Shown here: positions 35,066-45,280 of the stretch, piece after piece
Position numbering within the stretch: position 1 is the first letter of the stretch
Layout: each line of letters opens with the position of its first letter
Assembly (NCBI GenBank): GCA_001599295.1
Contig: BCGN01000008.1
Location: 496,001 to 560,000 of the forward strand
Length of the DNA stretch: 64,000 nucleotides
Reading direction: 5' to 3'
DNA from: Sporopachydermia quercuum
Taxonomy: Eukaryota
Position numbers and translations under genes: made by a program
The notes under the pieces: generated by a model
Told to the model about the DNA's origin: nothing
The model's database searches: none
The model's input: only the letters and a program-made list of their open reading frames with translations

Positions 35066-36103
35066 ATGTTTACTCCGGTTGAATCATCTTTAGGAGCTTC
35101 TCTAATTCAAATAGCAACTTCATCTTATCTTTTCACTTCTGGAAAAGTAGTTGGATGCTCCTCATTATTATATTCATGCGTTCAGTACCCTATAGCCAGC
35201 AACATTTCTATTGTTCTGGGTATTGCATCTTCTTCTTTAGTGATCAAACTTTTTGCGCCAGATTTTATTCCTCAATACAATGATGGTATCTTAATCACAG
35301 CAGTTTCGGCATTGCTAACAGGAGTTGGTACTAAGCTTGGTTCAGGGTGTACTTCAGGACATTTCTTATGTGGCTTATCTCGTGTGAGACTTAGATCTTT
35401 TGTTGCTTCTATCGTTTTTACAACTACTGGTATGATTACAAGAACTTTGACAGGATATCAATCACCAGCGCAAGATAACCTGGGCCATGTAGTTCCAGCT
35501 TATACATATGACAGCTCATTTTCCAGGGCGTTATCAAATAAGAGATTTTTATTAACTGAGTTATTTCTTTCTGTCATATTTGGATATATTCTTTCACCTT
35601 TGTTGAGCAAGTACAAACCTATAAGTGAAAAGAAGCTATTAATCATCAATAATTTCGTCTCGGGAATCATATTTGGATTAGGACTTTTAACGTCAGGTAT
35701 GGCTTACCCAGATAAGGTCAAAGGCTTTCTTTCTCTGCTGAAACCTTCTTTGTTTGATCCCAGTCTCCTTTTGATTATTCCATTTGCCATTATTCCAAAC
35801 ATTTTCATTTGGAAATGGTTTTTGAATAAGTCTTCTAAACCCCTTTTAGCTGACAAATTTTCTCTGGCTTCTGCAACAGAAATTCCACCAAAAATGATTC
35901 TCGGAAATGCACTGTTTGGTATTGGTTGGGGTTTGACCGGTATTTGTCCAGCTCCTGGTATTATATCTGGTGTGTTCAATGGAGTCAAAGGAATAACTTG
36001 GATACTACTATTCTGGGCCGGATATTTTGTTGCTGATTACACTTCTAATTCATCCACCATTATTTCCTCTTCTCAGGAAGCTGAACATACTAAAAAACAA
36101 TGA
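35066..36103 (+). CDS. YeeE/YedE-family (thiosulfate/sulfur compound) membrane transporter
   Basis: Multi-pass membrane protein with GTKLGSGCTSGHFLCGLSR, FGLGL..SGM..P.KV.GFL and LFGIGWGLTGICPAP. Confidence 0.85.
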   Translation: MFTPVESSLGASLIQIATSSYLFTSGKVVGCSSLLYSCVQYPIASNISIVLGIASSSLVIKLFAPDFIPQYNDGILITAVSALLTGVGTKLGSGCTSGHFLCGLSRVRLRSFVASIVFTTTGMITRTLTGYQSPAQDNLGHVVPAYTYDSSFSRALSNKRFLLTELFLSVIFGYILSPLLSKYKPISEKKLLIINNFVSGIIFGLGLLTSGMAYPDKVKGFLSLLKPSLFDPSLLLIIPFAIIPNIFIWKWFLNKSSKPLLADKFSLASATEIPPKMILGNALFGIGWGLTGICPAPGIISGVFNGVKGITWILLFWAGYFVADYTSNSSTIISSSQEAEHTKKQ

Positions 36104-36992
36104 GTAACAAACAATATTATTACTTCAGATTTCAAGTTTGAACCATCATCCAAATAGCTTTCTCACATGCTCTTGGGTTCATACATAAGTACCCTGTAAA
36201 GTGCATCTAGGATACATGGTTTTAGATGTGTTAGCGTTTCGAACAAATATCATCATCATGATACTTATAAGCATATAAATTTATTAGTTTAACTATTGAA
36301 ACTTTTGTTACCAATTATACTATTCACGGAAATAGTCGACTTTCATAGAAATGATATATCAAACAAACTCACAGCTCATGCTCACTTACCGTTTTTCCAC
36401 ACTTGTGATACGTCCATTCTCACTCTCATTTGCAATCTTCGATCATGAAAAATTTAAACCACACATCAACAAATGGAAAGAAATTGAAATTCAATAAATT
36501 TAACTAATAAGCAGTATTTATCATTTTTGGTTTTCTTTACCATAGTATTTTTTCTCTTAAGTAATACAATACAGACTATCTGATTTATGCGATTTATACG
36601 AATTTCATAGACAAAGTCACGTGCAGAATTATCATAATGTTTTACAAAGTGAGACGTGATGTTAAGACTCTTGATTTTTGCTCCGGTTGCCTGCTTTACT
36701 AAATTTCATTTTCTTTGCAAAATCCTATACTTATAATGTTCAGAGATTGATATATTGGCAATAATGTTTTATTACGTATTGAGATTCAATAATTTCAACA
36801 CCTCCCTTGTTGATAGCTTATTGTTGTCTATGTTGGTCTATTAACAGTTGTTTTATTGGGAAAAAACTTTAAAATATCAACTTTCGTTTGTTTATTCAAG
36901 GAACAAAAGTCAATTGAAGTACCTCTTGATGCTCATCTATCGAACCATCTATCAGCTATAAAATTTGCATGTACTAAAATAGAATAATCATC

Positions 36993-39900
36993 ATGGATGA
37001 CGATGAATACGATGAGTTTGGCAATTTTATTGGCACAGCTGCTTCACCTTCTTTGAGTGTTGAAAGTCCAGTACCAAGCGGCGTTGAAAGTACGAAACCT
37101 GTTGACTACGACGATGAAACGGCAAGAACACATAATGGCAACTCCAATGAAATGGATATCGATTCAGAAAATGCTGGCACAGTTACTCTCTATGAGGATA
37201 AACAATATTATCCTACGATGGTGCAAGTATTTGGTGAAGATGTAGAGACAATGATACAGGAAACAGACGCCCAAGACATCAGTGAACCATTAGTGAAACC
37301 TGTGGAAAAGAAACAGTTCACAATCGAAGAACAAGATCTTCCACCAGTTTCCTTCTCGAGAGAATATCATCGACAAGTCATGGATCACCCTCAATTCATC
37401 AGAAATATTGCATTAGTAGGACATATTCATAGCGGTAAAACATCGTTAGTTGATTCTTTAATGATTCAAACACATCCAAATTTACACCAGTACGAAGTTG
37501 GAAAGAAAATTGATGTTAGGTTAAGATATACAGACACATCTATACTTGAAAAAGAGAGAGGCATATCACTAAAAACTCATCCTGTCAGTATTTTACTACC
37601 AGATTTAAGTGAAAAAAATTGGGTCTTCAATATCATGGATACACCAGGTCATCCCAATTTTCTAGATGAAGCAACAATGGGGATGAAGCTTGTTGATGGT
37701 ATTGTAGTTGTGGTTGATGTGGTTGAAGGATTAATGATGACTACAAAAAAGGTCATTGAACAAGCTCTTTTAGATCAATTGCCAATGATCTTGGTAGTCA
37801 ATAAAATTGATAGGTTGATATTAGAATTGAAACTACCTCCTAATGATGCTTATTTCAAAATTCGTCAATGTATTGAGGAAGTTAACGCATTCATTGAAGA
37901 TTCAAGAATTTTCACTAACCAAAAAGTACATCTCAGTCTTGCTGATTCTGGTTCTGATATTAAACTTGACAAACCTACTAGATTTTCCCCGAGTTTGGGA
38001 AATGTGTGTTTTGCTTCAACATCAGGAGAATACTTTTTTACTTTGAAGAGTTTCGCTATTATGTATGGTAATAGATTGACGAACAAACAGAGAACGTCGC
38101 AAGATACTTTTACAAAGCAAACAAAATTTGATATCGAAGAATTTCAGAAACGCTTATGGGGAGATATTTATTACACACCAAATGAAAACAAGTTCACCAC
38201 TAAACCCTTTTCATCATTAAGCAAAAGAACATTTGTATCTTTTGTTCTTGAGCCACTTTATAAAATCTATACTACAGCATTAACTCAGAGCATTCCTACT
38301 ATTGCTTCCATGTTGAAAAATGAATTCAATAATACTACATTGATCAACTCAAAGAAACTGTCAAAATATTTCTCTTCCTTGGATGCTAAACCTTTACTTC
38401 GAGAAGTTCTGAAGCTGTTGTTCAAAGACGCAAGTCCTTTTGTTGATATGGTTGTGAACAATATTCCATCACCGGTTGAAATGGCTACTAGAAAAATCGA
38501 GAAATCATTTTCTGGTTATACCGGCTCTTCGCCTTATAATTCAGCTACGGAGGCTTTAGTTAAAGTTGACAAAGACGGCCCATTAATAATTCATGTTACC
38601 AAGTTGTATAATAGTTCTGATGCTTCTGAGTTTTATGCTCTAGGTAGAGTATACAGTGGTACTGTTAAGCAAAATCAAAAAGTGAAAGTCTTAGGAGAAA
38701 ACTTTTCTCCTGACGACGATGAAGACGTTTTCATTGAAACGATAAAAAACGCTTATATTCCGGAAGCGAGGTATAAAGTCGAAACTACTAATGTTCCTGC
38801 TGGTAATTTTGTTTTATTGCGTGGTATCTCTGAATCAATAGTCAAATCAGCTACAATATATGACACGTCCTTCGCTGATCAAATGTTTCCTTTCAACAGA
38901 ATCACATTCCTCAACGAGTCTGTATATAAAGTGGCAGTAGAACCTTATAACCCTCCAGAACTACCTAAACTACTTGATGGCCTTCGCAAAGTCAATAAAG
39001 TGTATCCATTGTTAGAATTGAAGGTTGAAGAATCTGGTGAGCACATAGTGTTAGGAACAGGAGAGCTATACCTCGATTGTGTGTTGTACGATATACGAAA
39101 GCTATTTTCAGAGATCAACATAAAAGTATCGGATCCTGTGACAAGGTTCTGTGAAACTTGTATAGAAGTTTCTTCTATGAAGCATTTTGTCAAGTCAATG
39201 AACAACAAGAACAAAATCTCTATTGTATGTCAACCACTAGATGATGAAGTAGCTCACGATTTAGAAACTGGTGCTTTGTATGGATTAGATAGAATTATTC
39301 CTTCTGGTAAAGGTACTGATCTCATTAGTATAAGCAATGATAATAATAACAGATTTACGTCTAAGCAAATGGGTAAAATCTTCAATGGATTATATAACTG
39401 GGATATGTTTTCGGCGAGAAATATTTGGTGTTTTGGACCTGATAATCGTGGCACCAATATTCTTCAAGATGATACTTTACCGTCTGAAGTTGATAAGAAG
39501 CTTCTTTATTCTGTTAAGGATTCAATCAAGCAAGGGTTCCAATGGAGTGTAAGAGAAGGACCTTTGTGCGAGGAACCAATCCGTCATGCAAGATTCAAAA
39601 TAATGGATGTTCAACTATCTGATGAACCAATTTATAGGGGTGGGGGACAAATCATCCCCGCAGTTAGAAGGGCTTGTTATTCATCGTTTTTATTGGCATC
39701 ACCTAGATTAATGGAGCCAGTTTATTCAGTGAACATTACATGTCCTTCTGAAGTAATAGGTTCNTTGTCGCAGCTATTGGAGAAGAGAAGAGGCCATGTA
39801 CTTAATACTAGACCAATACCTGCTACACCGCTAACAATTATGGAAGCGGTCATACCTGTGATAGACTCCGTTGGCTTTGAAACTGAAGTGAGAGTTGGTA

Positions 39901-40136
39901 CACAAGGAGAATCAATGTGTTACATGACTTTTGACTCATGGCAGATTGTCCCTGGTGATCCTTTGGACAAGGAAGCTAAACCTATCCCTTTGAAACCATC
40001 TTTTGGTGATGGNTTAGCTAGAGATTTTGTTCTAAAAACAAGAAGAAGAAAAGGATTGAGTGATGAGCCAAGCGTTTCAAAATATTTAGATGAAGATCTA
40101 ATTGCAAGCCTCAGAGAAAATGGACTTCTAGAGTGA
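36993..40136 (+). CDS. SNU114: U5 snRNP GTPase Snu114 (EF-2-like)
   Basis: YDEFGNFIG, LYEDKQYYP, GHIHSGKTS, DTPGHPNF, NKIDR, RGGGQIIP and ARDFVLKTRRRKGL. Confidence 0.97.
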   Translation: MDDDEYDEFGNFIGTAASPSLSVESPVPSGVESTKPVDYDDETARTHNGNSNEMDIDSENAGTVTLYEDKQYYPTMVQVFGEDVETMIQETDAQDISEPLVKPVEKKQFTIEEQDLPPVSFSREYHRQVMDHPQFIRNIALVGHIHSGKTSLVDSLMIQTHPNLHQYEVGKKIDVRLRYTDTSILEKERGISLKTHPVSILLPDLSEKNWVFNIMDTPGHPNFLDEATMGMKLVDGIVVVVDVVEGLMMTTKKVIEQALLDQLPMILVVNKIDRLILELKLPPNDAYFKIRQCIEEVNAFIEDSRIFTNQKVHLSLADSGSDIKLDKPTRFSPSLGNVCFASTSGEYFFTLKSFAIMYGNRLTNKQRTSQDTFTKQTKFDIEEFQKRLWGDIYYTPNENKFTTKPFSSLSKRTFVSFVLEPLYKIYTTALTQSIPTIASMLKNEFNNTTLINSKKLSKYFSSLDAKPLLREVLKLLFKDASPFVDMVVNNIPSPVEMATRKIEKSFSGYTGSSPYNSATEALVKVDKDGPLIIHVTKLYNSSDASEFYALGRVYSGTVKQNQKVKVLGENFSPDDDEDVFIETIKNAYIPEARYKVETTNVPAGNFVLLRGISESIVKSATIYDTSFADQMFPFNRITFLNESVYKVAVEPYNPPELPKLLDGLRKVNKVYPLLELKVEESGEHIVLGTGELYLDCVLYDIRKLFSEINIKVSDPVTRFCETCIEVSSMKHFVKSMNNKNKISIVCQPLDDEVAHDLETGALYGLDRIIPSGKGTDLISISNDNNNRFTSKQMGKIFNGLYNWDMFSARNIWCFGPDNRGTNILQDDTLPSEVDKKLLYSVKDSIKQGFQWSVREGPLCEEPIRHARFKIMDVQLSDEPIYRGGGQIIPAVRRACYSSFLLASPRLMEPVYSVNITCPSEVIGXLSQLLEKRRGHVLNTRPIPATPLTIMEAVIPVIDSVGFETEVRVGTQGESMCYMTFDSWQIVPGDPLDKEAKPIPLKPSFGDXLARDFVLKTRRRKGLSDEPSVSKYLDEDLIASLRENGLLE

Positions 40137-40333
40137 TTATAAAAGATTTAGACGATACAGCAAAAAACTCACAAAATGTTCAATTATAGTATTGTACAAT
40201 AATAAATAAAACTCCTGTATATCATTCAAATAAATCATAAACAAAATGAAATAACTTAATATTATCTAGTTAAACTTATATACAACTTCATACATATTCT
40301 ATGCTAATGTTTCATATCTAGATCACAAACATT

Positions 40334-41659
40334 TTATCTCCTATTGTTCCTTTTACTCTTACCAGGTCTTGGTGCTTTGCCTTTCATTTTTCGTACTGAA
40401 AAACCAGATATATCCATACTACTGGTAGCGTCATTTTCACGCTTATGCTTTTTCTTTCCACCATAACCAAACTTTTTATTCTTAGCTTGGCGTTTGGCGC
40501 TTGGTTTTCTGTCCCTAAACTCATCTTGAGCGGCGGCGGCTTCTTCAATAGCAACATCAAATTCATCGGTAGAAATCTCATTGCCCTTTCGTTTTTTCTT
40601 CAATGAGCTGATCAGGTCATTGGTTTCTCTCTTTTGTTTACTTCTCTCTTGTAACTTGGCAACTTGGACTTGTTTACCAAATTTCTTTAATTGTCTTTGC
40701 TTCTTAGCTTCTTCACTTGCTTTCTTTGATGCTGCTTCCTGTAATAATTTGGTCTTTAGCTTATCCATATGTTCATCCGATTTGACCATCTCAGCAAAAT
40801 AATCCATAGGTCTAGAGAATGGAATTGATTCTTTCTTACAGCATTTCTTGGCATAGTCCACAGCTGCCAACCCTTGATTCACAAATTGAAGTTCTCTTTC
40901 CAAATCGTCATAAATATCTTTGATGTTAGCTTCGGCGTTAACATCACTTGTATGAGAAAAATGTTCAATGAATCTTAGTTTAGGGATGTCTAATGAAATT
41001 GAGGCTAATGCTTGTTTTAATGCTGGTCTATTATTGATGGTTAACTTTTGATGAGGAACAACATCAGCATCGGAATCAATTTCGGCTTCTGATAATGGCA
41101 CATCTTCTTCTTCCTCTTTTACCTCCTCCTCCTCCTCCTCCTCCTCGTCTTCTTCGTCTTCTCCTTCTTCGTTTTCTGAATCACCATCGTCTTCATCTTC
41201 CGAGTCACTTCTATCTAACTCATCAAAGTTAAATGANTGATCATCTTCGCTGTCCTCATCACCTTCTTCTTCCCCATCCTCTTCACCATCTTCTTCAAAC
41301 TCAATATCATTTTCTTTCAAAGCTTCTTCTACTTCTTCTGCTTCTTCTTCAGCTCTCTCAAGCTTTTTCTTTAGCTTTCTTTTCTCTTTATGTGAAAGGA
41401 CTTCACTTTCTTCAAAGACATTCTTCTTAGGCTTCTTCACCTTCTCTTTTTTCCCTAAAAGTTTATTCAAAGCATCAGAATCTTCTTCAATTTCCTCTTC
41501 CTCATCTTCTTTATCTACAATAGTTTCCACATCTTGTGCTTTCACTACTTTTCCTTTTCCTTTTCCTCTATCATTGCTTTTCTTTCCCTTTCCATTCAAA
41601 CTACTCTCTTGATCCTTCACTTCAAGCAAGACTTTCAATGATTGCTTTAATTTACCCAT
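40334..41659 (-). CDS. EBP2: Pre-rRNA processing protein Ebp2
   Basis: Acidic N-terminal half, then DIYDDLERELQF, PFSRPMDYFAEMVKSDEHM, RQLKKFGKQVQ and RPGKSKR. Confidence 0.95.
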   Translation of the reverse strand: MGKLKQSLKVLLEVKDQESSLNGKGKKSNDRGKGKGKVVKAQDVETIVDKEDEEEEIEEDSDALNKLLGKKEKVKKPKKNVFEESEVLSHKEKRKLKKKLERAEEEAEEVEEALKENDIEFEEDGEEDGEEEGDEDSEDDXSFNFDELDRSDSEDEDDGDSENEEGEDEEDEEEEEEEEVKEEEEDVPLSEAEIDSDADVVPHQKLTINNRPALKQALASISLDIPKLRFIEHFSHTSDVNAEANIKDIYDDLERELQFVNQGLAAVDYAKKCCKKESIPFSRPMDYFAEMVKSDEHMDKLKTKLLQEAASKKASEEAKKQRQLKKFGKQVQVAKLQERSKQKRETNDLISSLKKKRKGNEISTDEFDVAIEEAAAAQDEFRDRKPSAKRQAKNKKFGYGGKKKHKRENDATSSMDISGFSVRKMKGKAPRPGKSKRNNRR

Positions 41660-42206
41660 TTTCCTAGCTATTTTTCCGACCTTATGCTAATTTTTTAATA
41701 AAGGGCCTTGGCTTGATTTATTAATAAACAAATTGGTAGCACTTATCTAAATGAATGTCTGTAATAACTACTCTTTATATAAATATTATTCATTCAAGTC
41801 ACTCGGAATACTTATCAAAAGTCTTTCTTTATTACAATGGCATAGTGTTCCCATACAAAAAATATTTTTCGGTTTTGTATGTAGTATAAACTTTTACATG
41901 TGAAACCTCTGGATTAGGTAATAGAAGATTACCCTGTTAAAGAAATTGAAAAATCGACCTTGGAAAGATTAAAGTTCAGATCACTCGATTAAGCGCGCCG
42001 TTTTACAGACTAAAAAATAACACGAAAATGGTTTTGTTGCTGGATGAATCCTATAAAGGGGATTGAGATTGAGATTGTTTAGTTTTGATAGAACTCAATT
42101 GGAGAAGCGGTATTTCGTTTTGTGAATTGACTTTCCTGGAGAATAACACCGAGAGTGATTTTGCCGTAAGATATTATTTGGGATTTGAAATTAGGAATTC
42201 TTTAAA

Positions 42207-43256
42207 ATGAGTAGTAAAGCTGAAGCAAAGGCTAAGTTTGAAGCCATCTTTCCTAAGATTACTGAAGAGTTGGAAGCCATTGTTAGAGGATATGGGTTGA
42301 ATGAAGAGGCTATTGATTGGTTCAAGACAAGTTTGAACTACAACTCTGTGGGGGGTAAGCTTAATCGTGGGTTGTCGGTTATTGATACCTACAGAATTTT
42401 GACTCAAAAGAAAGAATTGAGCGATGAGGAATATTATAAGGCTGCAGTTTTAGGATGGTGTATTGAATTGCTTCAAGCTTACTTCTTGGTCGCAGATGAT
42501 ATCATGGATGCTAGTAAAACACGTCGTGGACAGCCATGTTGGTATTTGAAGCCCAAGGTTGGCATGATTGCTATCAATGATGCATTCATGTTGGAAGCTG
42601 CAATTTATATTCTTTTGAAAAACCATTTCAGAAAGGAAAGTTACTATGTTGATTTGATTGAATTATTTCACACTGTTACTTTCCAGACTGAACTTGGTCA
42701 ATTACTAGATCTAATCACTGCTCCTGAAGATGAAGTTGATTTAAGTAAGTTTTCTTTGGAGAAACACTCATTTATTGTCATTTTTAAAACTGCATACTAC
42801 TCCTTTTACTTGCCAGTTGCTCTTGCAATGTACATGGCTGGTGTCGCTGATGACGAAGATCTCAAGCAAGCAAAGGATATTTTGATCCCATTGGGAGAAT
42901 ATTTTCAGATTCAGGACGATTATTTGGATTGTTATGGAACTCCTGAACAAATTGGTAAGATTGGAACCGATATCCAAGACAATAAGTGTAGTTGGGTCAT
43001 CAACACTGCCTTGAGGAAGTGCAACCCTGAACAAAGAAATGCTTTAGATAATAATTATGGGAGAAAAGACCAAGAAGCTGAAAAGAAATGTAAGGAAATT
43101 TTCCAATCACTTGACATCGAAAGCGATTACAAACAATACGAAGAAAAGATTGCCAATGAGCTTAGAGAAAAGATCGCCAAAGTTGACGAGAGCCGTGGTT
43201 TCAAAGGTGAAGTCTTATCAGTGTTCTTGGATAAGATTTACAAGCGACAAAAATAA
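42207..43256 (+). CDS. ERG20: Farnesyl pyrophosphate synthase
   Basis: [27 protein letters not shown] and [14 protein letters not shown]. Confidence 0.97.
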   Translation: MSSKAEAKAKFEAIFPKITEELEAIVRGYGLNEEAIDWFKTSLNYNSVGGKLNRGLSVIDTYRILTQKKELSDEEYYKAAVLGWCIELLQAYFLVADDIMDASKTRRGQPCWYLKPKVGMIAINDAFMLEAAIYILLKNHFRKESYYVDLIELFHTVTFQTELGQLLDLITAPEDEVDLSKFSLEKHSFIVIFKTAYYSFYLPVALAMYMAGVADDEDLKQAKDILIPLGEYFQIQDDYLDCYGTPEQIGKIGTDIQDNKCSWVINTALRKCNPEQRNALDNNYGRKDQEAEKKCKEIFQSLDIESDYKQYEEKIANELREKIAKVDESRGFKGEVLSVFLDKIYKRQK

Positions 43257-43637
43257 TCATTTTAACTTATCTCCCGTTTAATGTTTTAGAGATAAACATA
43301 CTGTTTATAACCTATATACAATTCACTCAATAATAACCTCGAGCAGTAAATAACTTAACTACAGAACACCCGGTATATTTTATGTGTCCAATCTAATAAA
43401 CATAATTTTCAAGATTTATTTCATGTGAGTAAGTATATGTATGCAAATGTTGATTTAATGGAGAAACGCAATACAANGTAATACATTTGAGTAATCCACA
43501 AGGACATTGGTCGATACTTGAACATACAGTTGAGATAAACAATAATAAAGCTGGTTCAACTAACTCTAAAGTCATTAACGCATCTTCTACTTTGTTTTAT
43601 CTACTTTGTTGCCTTGTTGATTTGATTTTTATTATCC

Positions 43638-44064
43638 TTAAACATTCACACGGGCCAACTCTTCTCTACCAGCCTTGGTGTATAGGTATTCGTTGTAATC
43701 TCTGGCATTAGTCCAGACATACCAGTAAATACCTGCAGGAATGGCAATATATAAAGCTTGGGCTCTAACTCTTCTGAATGTGTTGAAAATAGCTGCGTGA
43801 AGAACTCCCTTGAATGGCTTTTGAGCNAATGATGAAAGAGAGTAGGTGATGATACCTTTTTGCTTGGGACCACCTAAAGATAAGTTAGTACTCAACTATT
43901 CAGCACATAATTTCTTTTCATTTTTCCATCACACCAACAACACAGAGGTTGAGTGTAATCATAACTCTTAGAATAATACAGTCTACATAAAAAAAGACTA
44001 TCTATCACTTACCTAAAGAGCCCCACCAGCCCATATAGGCCTTAGCACCAGAATGTCCACCCAT
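43638..44064 (-). CDS. QCR8: Cytochrome bc1 complex subunit 8 (2 exons, 95 aa)
   Basis: Exons 44064-44013 and 43873-43638; intron 44012-43874 (GTAAGT..TACTAAC..TAG). Spliced protein [42 protein letters not shown]. Confidence 0.95.
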
Positions 44065-45280
44065 TGTTGTTGATATTCAAACTTTTGTATTCTTAATATT
44101 AATAAGAACCTTGACCCAAATAATTTGACTATCTGAATCGATTTAAATTAATAAAGTAGTACGGTAGATCATATATCAAGTAATCTGTAGTTGGTGAATC
44201 ATAACCTGTAGTATCCTGGCAAAACAGAAGTGGTGCTACCTCAACTTAACCGAAAACTGTTCAAAAATAAAANACTATTTGACATTATGTGATCGAATAT
44301 TAGTGGTTGAAACAGATTTTGTCATTACTACATACTAAACTTACGGGAGTAAAGGTGTTAGTGTATTAAATAATTATGTAATATTAAATGGGGGTAGTTC
44401 AAAAGATGTAAATCATATTTGACCGGTGTTCATTGGTTAGTTAGATCGACGTTGAGATGACGTCTCATTCTAATATGGTCATGTGACTAGATGATGAGAA
44501 CCTTTCGAGATACCTCACAAGAGACTATTGAAATTATTTACATCTTGAATGAAATTCTGGAGGCTGAAATGAACCAATTTTTTGGAATTGAATCTTCAAT
44601 TGCTAGTTTGTTTGGAATTTGTTATGATAAAGAAAAATCACTCCCTTGAGGTGCTACTTGAATGCCTCCATGCTACGTACCAGTTATAGCATCTAGCACG
44701 TCCCATAGCATAACATAAGTGGTGCTTTACATTCACAACCTGAGTTACTCTCCAAATTTAATTCAACAAAATAGCGTATTATAATATCTTCAATCTCTAG
44801 CTGCTTCAATTTATACCAAGTTCTCAATAACAATATCTATCTTGTCACCTCTTAGCATTCCAACAGGAAGATATGAAGATATGTATTAGAGCGCACTCAT
44901 ATGCACTAGTTGCATACTTTTTTTCTGTTCAAACTTAATGTCAAACTTTACTATTCCCATCTTTCAAGAATAAAGTGATCTATATACACTTAAACACTTC
45001 TGAACTAACTGTGGCCCTTTGCAAAGAAAAATTGTATACCCCTTAGTGTTATACTTATTAACTATTAATATAAGTTATAACTTTGCTGATTGAAGTTGGC
45101 TCTTATCTGCTTTTTTTAGTTATTTCTAGTTTCGTAACCCCAGACCTGCTTGACATACTGTGTCGCTCAAGATTGTTTCGAGTGTCATTACTTCGTGCGA
45201 TATCAATTATATCACATCTGCAAATCATGAAAATACATGGTCAGGTTTAAGACAACCAGTCCTTTGAACCAGTTATAGTG

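Noticed and set aside
41897..41906. UAS-INO-like CATGTGAAAC upstream of ERG20
   Set aside because: Single imperfect copy; the same 10-mer also occurs in a 3' region at 29631.
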